Virus record (IMG/VR): IMGVR_UViG_3300010362_000015
Location: 9,593-73,592 of that record
Length of the DNA stretch: 64,000 nt
Direction: 5' to 3' (one strand)
From: a virus
Lineage: Duplodnaviria; Caudoviricetes
Below, piece by piece: positions 1 to 7,824 of the stretch (the first letter of the stretch is position 1; each line of letters starts with the position of its first letter). A model generated the notes under the pieces. That model searched no databases. It was not told the origin of the DNA and saw nothing but the letters and a program-made list of their open reading frames with translations. The position numbers and the translations under genes are program-made.

Positions 1-5
1 ACTCG

Positions 6-197
6 TTATCGCGGGCCCCGCTTCCTGGCTTCGCGCTCGCGCTTGCGCTCGATCAGCTCGTCGTAGGCCTTTGCCGAGGCCTCCAGCCGCGGCAGGCCCG
101 CGGCCTCCAGTTCGGCCATGCGGGCCGCATGCCACGCCAGGGCATTCCGCGCGTAGCGCTCGCGCGTCTTGTAGTCGCGGTTGCTGCCGAGGGCCAT
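6..197 (-). CDS. hypothetical protein (cassette 1, gene 2), 63 aa
   Basis: ATG overlaps the upstream stop (TAATG) with a GGAGG RBS; helical, charged sequence. Confidence 0.75.
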   Translation of the reverse strand: MALGSNRDYKTRERYARNALAWHAARMAELEAAGLPRLEASAKAYDELIERKREREARKRGPR

Positions 198-505
198 TAG
201 CGCACCTCCACGCCGCGCACGAGCGAGGTATAGGAGTTGACGTCCTCGGGCCGCACCGGCTCGACGGTGGCGCGCATGTCGGCGACGCCGGGCCGCGCGG
301 CGATCCAGCGTTCGGCGCCCGCGCGCGTCTTCCAGTACTTGACCTGCGAGACTTCGTTCTCGGTGTACCAGACGCCGTCCCAGGTGCCCGCGCCGTCGTT
401 CTTCGCGACCCAGGCGTTGCGCTCGAACTCGGGGCCGTACTGCCGGGCGATGATCACGCGGATTCGGTAGACCGGCTTGGTTTCGATTACTGCTGTGTTG
501 TTCAT
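197..505 (-). CDS. hypothetical protein (cassette 1, gene 1), 102 aa, leaderless start MNNTAV
   Basis: ATG lies 7 nt after the -10 of repeat promoter 1; the longer ORF-track start (571) runs through the promoter. Confidence 0.75.
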   Translation of the reverse strand: MNNTAVIETKPVYRIRVIIARQYGPEFERNAWVAKNDGAGTWDGVWYTENEVSQVKYWKTRAGAERWIAARPGVADMRATVEPVRPEDVNSYTSLVRGVEVR

Positions 506-556
506 ATTTCCTATTCTGCCTGATGCATGCATCTGCGTCAAGAGGCTTGGGGTGAA
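503..556 (-). promoter_or_regulatory. repeat promoter-operator copy 1
   Basis: Minus strand reads TTCACC-N9-TTGACG-17-CAGAAT-7-ATG; operator at 521-534. Confidence 0.85.
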
Positions 557-765
557 TTCTTCCAGGCCCAATCGCGCAGCCGGTCGGCGGCGTCGTTGCG
601 GCGCTCGCCTTCGAGTTGCAGCAGCGTGCTCTCGCCGGGCCGGTTGGGATGCACCAGGACGTCGGCGACGGCGAGCGGCAGATTCTTGCCGCGGTAGCCG
701 AGCGCCCGCGCGCCGCGGCGCAGGTGCTGGTCGGTGATGTCGCGCTCGGGCCGGGGCCGCCTCAT
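538..765 (-). CDS. hypothetical protein (cassette 2, gene 3), 75 aa
   Basis: ATGA overlap with the upstream ORF; its stop is the TGA inside the -35 of promoter 1. Confidence 0.7.
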   Translation of the reverse strand: MRRPRPERDITDQHLRRGARALGYRGKNLPLAVADVLVHPNRPGESTLLQLEGERRNDAADRLRDWAWKNSPQAS

Positions 766-1022
766 ACGTGGGCCGCCACGGCGTCAGCCAGCCTCTTCAG
801 GCCGTCGAGCACGGTCGCGAGATGCTCCAGCCGCTCGGCGTGCTGGTTGGTCGCCTGGATGAAAGCGCCGGGGCCCTGCGGGTAGTAGTCCCGCGCGTTG
901 GGGCCGTTCTCGGCGAGTACGCTGATCGCCTCGCGCACGGCGTTCATCGATTTGATGTAGCCGTCCAGCAGGTCACTGGCGGCGGTGCCGTTCAGGTGGA
1001 TCGAGGGGGTAATGAGTGCCAT
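762..1022 (-). CDS. hypothetical protein (cassette 2, gene 2), 86 aa
   Basis: AAAGG RBS and ATG 2 nt after the upstream stop; protein-like composition. Confidence 0.8.
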   Translation of the reverse strand: MALITPSIHLNGTAASDLLDGYIKSMNAVREAISVLAENGPNARDYYPQGPGAFIQATNQHAERLEHLATVLDGLKRLADAVAAHV

Positions 1023-1024
1023 GG

Positions 1025-1216
1025 TTAGTTGCCTTTCTCGGCCAGCTCCTCGAAGAGCCGGTCCAGTTCATCGTTCTGACGACGCCGGATGATCCGCTTG
1101 GTCGCCCGCCCGCAGCAGCCGCATTCCCATACCGGGCGCCCTTCGGCGTCCACGGTCGCAGTGTGCCGGGTCTGGCATCCGCAAGCTCCGTTGCACTGGC
1201 GTTTCGTCGTCTTCAT
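1025..1216 (-). CDS. small Zn-ribbon-like protein (cassette 2, gene 1), 63 aa
   Basis: CxxxC/CxC and WECGCC Cys clusters; ATG 7 nt after the -10. Confidence 0.7.
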   Translation of the reverse strand: MKTTKRQCNGACGCQTRHTATVDAEGRPVWECGCCGRATKRIIRRRQNDELDRLFEELAEKGN

Positions 1217-1268
1217 ACTTCCTATTGTGCCGGATGCATGCATCTGCCGTCAACGGGTATGGGGTGAA
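1214..1268 (-). promoter_or_regulatory. repeat promoter-operator copy 2
   Basis: TTTCACC-N9-TTGACG-18-CACAAT-7-ATG; operator at 1232-1245. Confidence 0.85.
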
Positions 1269-1534
1269 ACGCGCTCGCGCCTCGCAAAATACTGCTTGAT
1301 CATCTCGTCCTCCGACCGCTCGCGCTCCAGCTCGTTCCAGACCTCGCGCAGCAGGCGCCCGATGCTGCGGCCATAGGGCAGCAGGTCGATGCGGTCCAGC
1401 TCGGCCACGAGGTCGGGGTCGTCAATGCAGCCCATGACGCCGAGGGCCGAGGCCTTGAAGGCCTCCCAAGTCGTCGGGCCGTTCTTGCGCGCGACCACCA
1501 TCAGGCGGAACTTGATGCGCTGGCGGGCGGTCAT
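1250..1534 (-). CDS. hypothetical protein (cassette 3, gene 2), 94 aa
   Basis: ATG just after the upstream stop; terminates on the TGA in the -35 of promoter 2. Confidence 0.75.
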   Translation of the reverse strand: MTARQRIKFRLMVVARKNGPTTWEAFKASALGVMGCIDDPDLVAELDRIDLLPYGRSIGRLLREVWNELERERSEDEMIKQYFARRERVSPHTR

Positions 1535-1535
1535 G

Positions 1536-1727
1536 TTAGCTCACCCTTCCCATCAGCTTCAGGGCCCAGCGGGCGGCCAGCCGTGCGCAGCGACCGGCCT
1601 CAGCCGGGTTGTTGTCGCGAACGTGAAACTCGACCGCGTGGCCCCAGGCGGCAGCCTCGCCGCGGGCGTACTGCGTGTACTCCCGGTCCAGCATGTCTTT
1701 GCGCTCGGATTTGATCAGCTTCTTCAT
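1536..1727 (-). CDS. hypothetical protein (cassette 3, gene 1), 63 aa
   Basis: ATG 7 nt after the -10 TAGGAT. Confidence 0.75.
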   Translation of the reverse strand: MKKLIKSERKDMLDREYTQYARGEAAAWGHAVEFHVRDNNPAEAGRCARLAARWALKLMGRVS

Positions 1728-1778
1728 ACTCACTATCCTACCGGATGCATGCATCTGAGTCAATTGGTTTCAGGTGAA
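1725..1778 (-). promoter_or_regulatory. repeat promoter-operator copy 3
   Basis: TTTCACC-N9-TTGACT-17-TAGGAT-7-ATG; operator at 1743-1756. Confidence 0.85.
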
Positions 1779-1996
1779 ATCTTTGCGAGCGCCGCCAGGG
1801 CCTCGGTCTTGGTCTTGAAGCGTCCATACTCGGGGGCCTCGACCCAGCCGCGCACCGGCGAGATCGGATCTTCGGGCCGCACGAGCGACGAGTCCCAGCG
1901 GGCGATGCCCCAGCTGGCTGCGGTGCGCCGCGCGTAGCTGCGCTGGGAGTGGAAGGCCGTGAGGCGGCGGCTGCCGTAGTTGCGGACGGAGAGCAT
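1760..1996 (-). CDS. hypothetical protein (cassette 4, gene 2), 78 aa
   Basis: GGAGG plus TAATG coupling; stop lies in the -35 of promoter 3. Confidence 0.75.
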   Translation of the reverse strand: MLSVRNYGSRRLTAFHSQRSYARRTAASWGIARWDSSLVRPEDPISPVRGWVEAPEYGRFKTKTEALAALAKISPETN

Positions 1997-2232
1997 TAGC
2001 GCACCTCCGCGGGCGTCATCCAGGCCCGCCGGGTAGCTACGCTCTTCAGCATCTGGCGCACGGTCGAGGCGCTGTGGATGTGGCGGCTGCCGGTGGGATA
2101 TTCGAGCGTGACCAGAGAGCCGCCGGTGACCACGGTCGCGACCTCGAAGGCCTCAGTGTTGCGGTTCCAGTATTCAATCTTCATACCGGCCTCGAACTTC
2201 CGCGTGTGCTGAGTGACTGCTTTGTTCATCAT
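1996..2232 (-). CDS. hypothetical protein (cassette 4, gene 1), 78 aa, possible small SH3/Tudor-like beta fold
   Basis: ATG 7 nt after the -10 TAAGAT; FEAGMKIEY...FEVATVV beta-strand pattern (fold is a guess). Confidence 0.7.
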   Translation of the reverse strand: MMNKAVTQHTRKFEAGMKIEYWNRNTEAFEVATVVTGGSLVTLEYPTGSRHIHSASTVRQMLKSVATRRAWMTPAEVR

Positions 2233-2284
2233 GTCTCTAATCTTATCTGATGCATGCATCTGGAGTCAACGAGCAATGGGTGAA
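2230..2284 (-). promoter_or_regulatory. repeat promoter-operator copy 4
   Basis: TTTCACC-N9-TTGACT-18-TAAGAT-7-ATG; operator at 2248-2261. Confidence 0.85.
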
Positions 2285-2535
2285 ACGCGCCGGGCCTCGC
2301 GGCGTTCCTGCTCCGCGGCCAGCACCTCCTCCTGCCCGTAGATCAGAGCCAGGATGGTGATGCGGCGCTTGTAGTAGAGGCCGAGCCAGCCCTGCGCGGC
2401 GACCTTGCCGTTGCGGTCGTAGAGCCAGCCGCCGTTCATACCGTTGGCGCTGATCTCGACCTTCGCTGCGTACCACTTGGCGAGGCGCACGCGCGCCTCG
2501 CTCCAGGGATCTTGCCAGCACTTGGGAGTCTTCAC
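2266..2535 (-). CDS. hypothetical protein (cassette 5, gene 2), 89 aa
   Basis: AGGAGG RBS and GTG start overlapping the upstream stop; stop lies in the -35 of promoter 4. Confidence 0.75.
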   Translation of the reverse strand: MKTPKCWQDPWSEARVRLAKWYAAKVEISANGMNGGWLYDRNGKVAAQGWLGLYYKRRITILALIYGQEEVLAAEQERREARRVSPIAR

Positions 2536-2819
2536 TTACTTATCCTCCTTTGCACGCGGTAGCGGGCGACGATCTCGGCCCGGCGGGCGTGATCCTTCAG
2601 GGCGTCGGCCTCAGTGAGGTAGTAAACCCGGCGGCCCCTGGAGTCCTTATCCGGCCCCAGTTCGGCGAACATCCGGGTGCAGTGCAGGCAGCGCCATACC
2701 TTGTCATGCGTGACGCCGATCTCGGTCCCGGTCTTCAGGGCCGTCTTGCATTGCGGGCACTGTGAGTCAAACTTTGCCTTGATGGTTCGGATCTCGGCGG
2801 GCTTCATTGTCGTTTCCAT
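2532..2819 (-). CDS. Zn-finger protein (cassette 5, gene 1), 95 aa
   Basis: CPQC and CLHC pairs; ATG 6 nt after the -10. Confidence 0.75.
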   Translation of the reverse strand: METTMKPAEIRTIKAKFDSQCPQCKTALKTGTEIGVTHDKVWRCLHCTRMFAELGPDKDSRGRRVYYLTEADALKDHARRAEIVARYRVQRRISK

Positions 2820-2869
2820 GTTCTTAGTTTGCCAGATGCATGCATCTCACGCAAGGGGGAAGGGGTGAA
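2817..2869 (-). promoter_or_regulatory. repeat promoter-operator copy 5
   Basis: TTTCACC-N9-TTGCGT-17-CAAACT-6-ATG; perfect palindrome AGATGCATGCATCT at 2834-2847. Confidence 0.85.
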
Positions 2870-2873
2870 ATGC

Positions 2874-3110
2874 TCACCCCTGTGTCAGCCGCATGTGGCG
2901 CCGCGTCAGCCGCGGATGCCGCCGGAGCCGGTGGCCCTGGCTCATGTTGGTCAGCTGCTCGGCGACGCATGCGACGCGGAACCGCATGGGCGTGTGATGC
3001 GCCGCGGTGGCGTCCAGGGCCGCCGACATCGGCGAGCGCCCGTCGGTTTCGTCGCGGGCGGCCCGGCGCGCAGCGCCCCAGGCCAGATGGAATAATTCTC
3101 GTGTCGTCAT
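2874..3110 (-). CDS. hypothetical protein (cassette 6, gene 2), 78 aa, MTTREL start
   Basis: AAAGGA RBS upstream of ATG 3110. Confidence 0.7.
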   Translation of the reverse strand: MTTRELFHLAWGAARRAARDETDGRSPMSAALDATAAHHTPMRFRVACVAEQLTNMSQGHRLRRHPRLTRRHMRLTQG

Positions 3111-3124
3111 GTTCGTTCTTTCCT

Positions 3125-3388
3125 TTACCCTTTGAGGGCCGCCTCCGCGGCGGCCCGGTTGGTGCGCTTCCACTGCCCGTTCTGCATGAGGTAGAAGGTC
3201 GCGCGGAAGTGTTCCCGCTTGGGCATCGTGCGTGCGGTCACCGGAACCACATAAGCCTGGACGACGCCGTTGTCGGCGCTGCCTCTCTTCCAGCAAGCCT
3301 GAAACGTGCTGCCGTCTTCCCGGGTAACGGTGCGGATCTCCAGGGCCTTCGCGATTGCCGCGTCGATCAGTTGTTCTAACGTGTTCAT
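3125..3388 (-). CDS. hypothetical protein (cassette 6, gene 1), 87 aa
   Basis: ATG 6 nt after the -10 CATACT. Confidence 0.75.
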   Translation of the reverse strand: MNTLEQLIDAAIAKALEIRTVTREDGSTFQACWKRGSADNGVVQAYVVPVTARTMPKREHFRATFYLMQNGQWKRTNRAAAEAALKG

Positions 3389-3438
3389 GACTTAAGTATG
3401 CCAGATGCATGTATCTGGAGCAAGGGGCTTGGGGTGAA
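3386..3438 (-). promoter_or_regulatory. repeat promoter-operator copy 6
   Basis: TTTCACC-N9-TTGCTC-17-CATACT-6-ATG; operator variant AGATACATGCATCT at 3403-3416. Confidence 0.85.
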
Positions 3439-3442
3439 ATGC

Positions 3443-3470
3443 AAAAAAAGAGGGGCCCATTGCGGGCCCC
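3443..3470 (-). terminator. intrinsic terminator insulating the cassette array from the upstream operon
   Basis: GGGGCCC stem (3452-3458/3464-3470), 5-nt loop, then CT and a 7-nt T run on the minus strand. Confidence 0.85.
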
Positions 3471-3521
3471 GAATTAATGGAGCTGTAAATGAAGCCGCGG
3501 GCCGGAAGGCCCTGGCAGCTG

Positions 3522-3752
3522 TCAGTCTATCGTTGATCGGGGCCGACGGGTGATGCCTTTCGAGCCCCACTGTTCGATACACCACTGGCGGGCCAATTCC
3601 CGCACCGTGCGCCCGCAGCGCGTGCAGAGGATGCGCTGGACGCCGTCCTGCGAGTTCTGCACCACCGGCAGGCCGCAACAAAACGGGACCGCGTGCCCCT
3701 CGGGCGTGGTGCGCAGTTCCTCGAATTCCAGCAGGGCCTCGGCGAGAGTCAC
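3522..3752 (-). CDS. small Cys-rich hypothetical protein
   Basis: GTGA overlap; FCCG and LCTRCG motifs. Confidence 0.6.
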   Translation of the reverse strand: MTLAEALLEFEELRTTPEGHAVPFCCGLPVVQNSQDGVQRILCTRCGRTVRELARQWCIEQWGSKGITRRPRSTID

Positions 3753-4045
3753 AGCGCCTCGATCTCGAAGTGGCCGCCGCCGCGGTGCTCGACCCACGGC
3801 CCCCACGGTCTGCCGCCGATCTCCTCGCGCATGGCCAGCATGACCAGCTTGCCCTCGTCGCGCAGCAGCGTCATGCCGCCCGACCTGTCGATCACAAAGG
3901 GCGGCTTGTCGTCGAACGCCACGGCAATCGAGCGCTGGTTTGCGGAGATGATCAACACAGCGCCGGGCGCCGCCTGCTCCGGCGAGCCGTGCGGGTAAAC
4001 TCTCACGCGCTGGCCGGTGATCAATTTAGCCGATGGACCTTGCAT
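3749..4045 (-). CDS. hypothetical protein, 98 aa
   Basis: ATG 4045 (MQGPSAK); protein-like; stop overlaps the next start. Confidence 0.7.
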   Translation of the reverse strand: MQGPSAKLITGQRVRVYPHGSPEQAAPGAVLIISANQRSIAVAFDDKPPFVIDRSGGMTLLRDEGKLVMLAMREEIGGRPWGPWVEHRGGGHFEIEAL

Positions 4046-4191
4046 GCGCCAATCCTCCGCGCCCACTGCACCAGACTGTCGAGCGGCTGGCCCAGGAACC
4101 GGCGCACCATCGGGGCCGCGAAGACGATCACGCCCGCATCGTCCACATCCACCTGCACGGTGAACGCGCAGCATGTCACCCAGTACTTCAT
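4021..4191 (-). CDS. hypothetical protein, 56 aa
   Basis: ATGA overlap with the upstream stop at 4188. Confidence 0.6.
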   Translation of the reverse strand: MKYWVTCCAFTVQVDVDDAGVIVFAAPMVRRFLGQPLDSLVQWARRIGACKVHRLN

Positions 4192-4775
4192 CCGGCCAGC
4201 TTTGGCAGCCGCCACTCCTCACCCAGAGCGGCGCGCAACCAGGGCAGCGCCTGCTCTTCCGATAGTTTCTCACCTCGCCGCCAGAATTCCTGAGCGAGGT
4301 AAGGCCGCTCGGGCCGCACCGCAGACATCAGCGCCACGTTGCCCGGCTCTTCGAGCATGACGGCGCTGGCGACGGCGACGAAGATGTCGGGCCGGTCGGG
4401 GATGTGGGTCGGATCGTAGAGCATCGAGTATTCGGGCGGCACGTTCTGCGGGTCCACATGGATCTCGCGCTTGTAGTGGCGCGCAACGAGGTACGGGCAG
4501 ATCTGCAGTGCGAACTGGATGCACTCGTGGTGCCCGGGCAGATCGTAATACGCGCCGTGCTGGTGGTAGGCCGAGAGCGGTCCACCGGCGAACCACTTCC
4601 ACTTGCCCAGGCGCTCGCCGCACATCGGGCAGAGCTGCTGCCGGATGGCCCGCCGCCGTTTCTCATCGTCATTGACCGTGAACAGCGGGTCGCCGTTGCG
4701 ACCGATCACCACGTTCCACGGGACCGGCAGGCCGCGGAACCGCGGCAGCGCAGCGATACGTGGCGGCATGGTCAT
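4188..4775 (-). CDS. Zn-binding hypothetical protein
   Basis: LPVPW, LCPMCG, HxxC and CPYL motifs; ATGA coupling. Confidence 0.75.
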   Translation of the reverse strand: MTMPPRIAALPRFRGLPVPWNVVIGRNGDPLFTVNDDEKRRRAIRQQLCPMCGERLGKWKWFAGGPLSAYHQHGAYYDLPGHHECIQFALQICPYLVARHYKREIHVDPQNVPPEYSMLYDPTHIPDRPDIFVAVASAVMLEEPGNVALMSAVRPERPYLAQEFWRRGEKLSEEQALPWLRAALGEEWRLPKLAG

Positions 4776-5380
4776 AGCTCGGGGATCGACCACTGAACGT
4801 GATGAACGATCTCTTTGCATGTCTTCAACTCCCGAATCAGCGCCCCTGCGATTTTCATACGCCGGTTCAGGCTGCGCCAATCGGGGCTTCTCCGATACGC
4901 CTCATCCTCCATGCGCGAGTATTCGATGCGAACGCCAGCCATATTGCGTGCAGTCCACTGTTTTGCCCCGCTATACGGACCCATCAATCCCGGCCCGATG
5001 ATGATGCCATGTTGTGGCCGCTCGGCCTGCCAGATGGAGAAGTCCGCGAACACGCGGTCGGCGACCGCGATCAGATGGCCGTTCCACCTGCCGACGGTTG
5101 ATCCGACCGGAGGATGACCGAATCCGATCCCGATGCTATAGGAGCCGTCAACGCTGATCCACTTGCGGAGGTCGTAGTCGCCCTCGTCGATATGCATCGC
5201 GAACGCGCGGTTGTAGATCGCCACTTGGCAGGCGACGGGTTGAACCTCGATGCCAAAATATCGCGCGACTTCCATGGCGACGCGCACGCCGAACACGCAC
5301 AGGTCGCGCCGCTTCAGGTTCGTTTCAATCGCCGGGCCGATCCGCGGGACGAGCTGCTGGAAGAGTTCCGCGGCGGTCAC
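4772..5380 (-). CDS. hypothetical protein, possible transglutaminase/papain-like fold
   Basis: Cys in DLCVFG, His in WNGHLIAV, Asp in FADFS, in catalytic-triad order. Confidence 0.6.
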   Translation of the reverse strand: MTAAELFQQLVPRIGPAIETNLKRRDLCVFGVRVAMEVARYFGIEVQPVACQVAIYNRAFAMHIDEGDYDLRKWISVDGSYSIGIGFGHPPVGSTVGRWNGHLIAVADRVFADFSIWQAERPQHGIIIGPGLMGPYSGAKQWTARNMAGVRIEYSRMEDEAYRRSPDWRSLNRRMKIAGALIRELKTCKEIVHHVQWSIPEL

Positions 5381-5874
5381 TCTCCGGCCTCCGTCTCGTA
5401 GATCACCTCAGCATAGGCGAAGCGCACAAGCCGGATCTTCTTGCCCATGGCGCTGGCTTGCGCCTCGAAGCGCTCCGCGAAGGGCTCGACCTTGCCGCGC
5501 TTGACCGCCACGATGGGAATGTAGCCCGCCGGGCAGAGGCCTTGCTTGATGCCCCATTCGCCGGTGCGTTGAGTGCGGTCGGGCTGATCGTCCTGGCCGA
5601 TCCAGGCGTATAGCTCCATGTTCTTAATCCGTTCGGGTATGCGGTTCACGATCATTTCCTTGTCGATCACTCCCAGGTCTGTCGCCGCCCGCAACAAATC
5701 TTTCAGGTCATGCGCATCGAATTTTTCGTACAGGTGATACCAGTGGTTCCTCACGCTCTGAGAAGTTGTGCGCAGACGGCCTGCGATCTGCCGGGCGTTT
5801 CTTCCTGCGGCCAGCAGCTTGAGAATATCCAGCTCACGCGGAGTGAGGTGCGGCGGCTTTGCGGGCCCTGTCAC
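5377..5874 (-). CDS. LuxR/GerE-type HTH protein with an unknown C-terminal domain
   Basis: N-terminal LTPRELDILKLLAAGRNARQIAGRLRTTSQSVRNHWYHLYEKF matches the LuxR HTH pattern. Confidence 0.85.
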   Translation of the reverse strand: MTGPAKPPHLTPRELDILKLLAAGRNARQIAGRLRTTSQSVRNHWYHLYEKFDAHDLKDLLRAATDLGVIDKEMIVNRIPERIKNMELYAWIGQDDQPDRTQRTGEWGIKQGLCPAGYIPIVAVKRGKVEPFAERFEAQASAMGKKIRLVRFAYAEVIYETEAGE

Positions 5875-6065
5875 TCAATACCTCCTGTGGTTCTTGACCT
5901 GATGCTGCGTCGCCTCGGCGCAGGTCGCATAGTGGCCGTCGGTAAAAAACTCGTCGCACTGGCGGCAGTAGTTCTTCCAGACGTGCGCTTCGCAATGCGG
6001 GCAGCGCTTGCGCTCAGTTGCGTCGCGGGCCTGATCGGCGCGCAGGTTGACGATATCGTGATCAT
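5871..6065 (-). CDS. small Zn-finger protein, 64 aa
   Basis: CPHC, CRQC and HYATC motifs. Confidence 0.65.
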   Translation of the reverse strand: MITISSTCAPIRPATQLSASAARIAKRTSGRTTAASATSFLPTATMRPAPRRRSIRSRTTGGIE

Positions 6066-6271
6066 TCAACAGCGGCATGCTTCTCTTCGGCCTCCGCGAC
6101 CGAGCCGCGCTTGGCGTAGGAACGGTCGCATCGGAAATGGTAGTACCGCCCTTTCTCCGTGGTCACGCCCCAATTGTTGCCGCGTATCAAGCCGATCTCT
6201 TCCATGCGCAGCGCGATGGCCTTGAACTGGGAGTCGAAGAACTCGCGGTCGGCATTATCCATCGGCCTCAT
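6062..6271 (-). CDS. hypothetical protein, 69 aa
   Basis: ATGA overlaps on both sides. Confidence 0.65.
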   Translation of the reverse strand: MRPMDNADREFFDSQFKAIALRMEEIGLIRGNNWGVTTEKGRYYHFRCDRSYAKRGSVAEAEEKHAAVE

Positions 6272-6417
6272 GAATCCACTTCTTCCTCCAGCGCCTCGAT
6301 GGCTCTCGTCAGATTGGCCGCGGCGTCGCGCAGGTGGCCGAGCGTAGCAAGCTTGTCCTGCCCGTGCGCGGCCTGCAGGTCGATCATGGCGGCGTCCATC
6401 AGTTGTTCCCAGTTCAT
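6268..6417 (-). CDS. hypothetical protein, 49 aa (MNWEQLMDAAM...EEEVDS), not in the ORF track
   Basis: Read manually; ATGA overlaps with both neighbours. Confidence 0.65.
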   Translation of the reverse strand: MNWEQLMDAAMIDLQAAHGQDKLATLGHLRDAAANLTRAIEALEEEVDS

Positions 6418-6755
6418 TGCACGGTCCCCTTTTTGCGCAGCATCTCAGCCGTGGCCTTCGCCACCTTATCCGCCAGCCCCGGCTCTTGCATCGAGCTGGC
6501 CTCGATCACCACGTCGGCGACCTGCCGCAGCCGCGCGGGCAGCTCCGCGTTGTCCGTCCCGAGCACCACCAGGGGTTTGTCGAGCAGTAGCGCCAGCCCC
6601 AATTGCAGCGCCATCCAGATGTCCTTGTCCTTGTCGCTGAAGATGGGGCAGAACACCATCGCCGAATTCGTCATCTTCGGGATGATGTCGCCGCGCGCCT
6701 TATCGCGCAGGCGTTGGAACACCTCGCGGATTTCGTCTTCTGTTGGCTCTTTCAT
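6414..6755 (-). CDS. nucleoside 2-deoxyribosyltransferase-like (NDT/TIR-like) small protein
   Basis: DIWMALQLGLALLLDKPLVVL resembles the ExGxAxAxxKP motif but has Gln in place of Glu. Confidence 0.5.
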   Translation of the reverse strand: MKEPTEDEIREVFQRLRDKARGDIIPKMTNSAMVFCPIFSDKDKDIWMALQLGLALLLDKPLVVLGTDNAELPARLRQVADVVIEASSMQEPGLADKVAKATAEMLRKKGTVQ

Positions 6756-7345
6756 TGCGTGCGCCTCCGAATAAAATCATCGACGTCCGTCTTGCCGTCT
6801 CGCCGGTACATTTTCAGCCTGCCGTCGAAGTGGGAGGCGTCGCTGAAATGTACGTCGGGTTTGCCGGTGAACACACCGCGCCCCATGATGTCCTGGGAGT
6901 ACATGCACACGCGCTCGGGCGTCTGCGCGATGCAGGCGAGCGCGTCGCACATCGTCAGCAGGCCCTGTTTAAGCATCTCGTGATGGTGCTTATGGCCATC
7001 GGGATGTCGGTTGAGATGGTATTCGATCTCCTCGGGCGGCAACGTTTCCAGCGCTTTGGTCGGCCTGAATTTATTGACTACTGAGACGATCACGATGGCG
7101 TCAGGCGGCGACAGCGTACATGCATACTGGAGCATGCCGAAGCCAAGATCCTTCGATCCGCCGTGCTCCAGCCAATCCTCGCCCAGGCGTTCCTCGATTT
7201 CGCGCTCGAATTTGCGCATGCGGTACAGGGTTTCGCCCTCGTGATACGTCGCCAGCAGGATGCTGCGCCAGCGCTTCATTCGCAGATCGACTTTGGCCAT
7301 GTTGGCGGCTTGATAGCAGAGGCCCTCCAGCACCCTGTCGGTCAT
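6752..7345 (-). CDS. hypothetical protein, 197 aa
   Basis: AAGGA RBS, ATGA coupling, high GC3. Confidence 0.75.
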   Translation of the reverse strand: MTDRVLEGLCYQAANMAKVDLRMKRWRSILLATYHEGETLYRMRKFEREIEERLGEDWLEHGGSKDLGFGMLQYACTLSPPDAIVIVSVVNKFRPTKALETLPPEEIEYHLNRHPDGHKHHHEMLKQGLLTMCDALACIAQTPERVCMYSQDIMGRGVFTGKPDVHFSDASHFDGRLKMYRRDGKTDVDDFIRRRTQ

Positions 7346-7515
7346 TCCTTGTCCTGCTCTTTCCGCAGATCGTCGATGCGCGTCTCGCACCAGTCGATCT
7401 GCCGGTCGATGGCCGTCGAGGTGCGCCGCAGAAATTTGATCTGCTCGCGCAGGAACTCGATCTCCTTCTCGATCAGCTCGCGTTTGGTCATCTCAGGGGG
7501 CCCGGCGCTCTCCAT
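7342..7515 (-). CDS. small coiled-coil protein, 57 aa, not in the ORF track
   Basis: Read manually: KRELIEKEIEFLREQIKFL heptad pattern. Confidence 0.65.
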   Translation of the reverse strand: MESAGPPEMTKRELIEKEIEFLREQIKFLRRTSTAIDRQIDWCETRIDDLRKEQDKE

Positions 7516-7587
7516 ACCTACGGTTCTCTCTTTTACGACGATGGTAGCCGGGCCCCTTCCTCACCTTGCGGTGAAGCTCATCGAAAC

Positions 7588-7824
7588 TCATTGCCGATGC
7601 GTCCAATTCGTCCACGCAATCGCCGCCGCGCGCGCGGCCTGCCGCTTGGTCATCTGCGGCGGATCATTCTCATCCGAACCTTGCACGTAGCAGCCGCACC
7701 GGTGCTCGATGTGCGCGACCGATCCGGCGATGCTGCGGAATCCGCACTCGCCATGCATCGGCTGCTGGAAGTGGGGATGCTGTTCTAGCGCACCGACCGG
7801 CTCTTTACACCACGTGCAGTTCAT
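7588..7824 (-). CDS. Cys/His-rich hypothetical protein
   Basis: CTWC, MHGECG and HRCGC motifs; ATGA coupling. Confidence 0.7.
   Translation of the reverse strand: MNCTWCKEPVGALEQHPHFQQPMHGECGFRSIAGSVAHIEHRCGCYVQGSDENDPPQMTKRQAARAAAIAWTNWTHRQ

Noticed and set aside
197-571. Longer starts given by the ORF track for cassette genes (571, 1243, 1763, 2259, 35508) and for 12099-13610, 48931-50886 and 60267-61112
   Set aside because: The extensions run through promoters or upstream genes; downstream starts fit -10 spacing, RBSs or stop-start overlaps
503-3438. Periodic repeats as a CRISPR array or integron attC array
   Set aside because: Spacing is 500-710 bp with full ORFs in between; the repeats have promoter architecture; no cas or integron integrase gene is present
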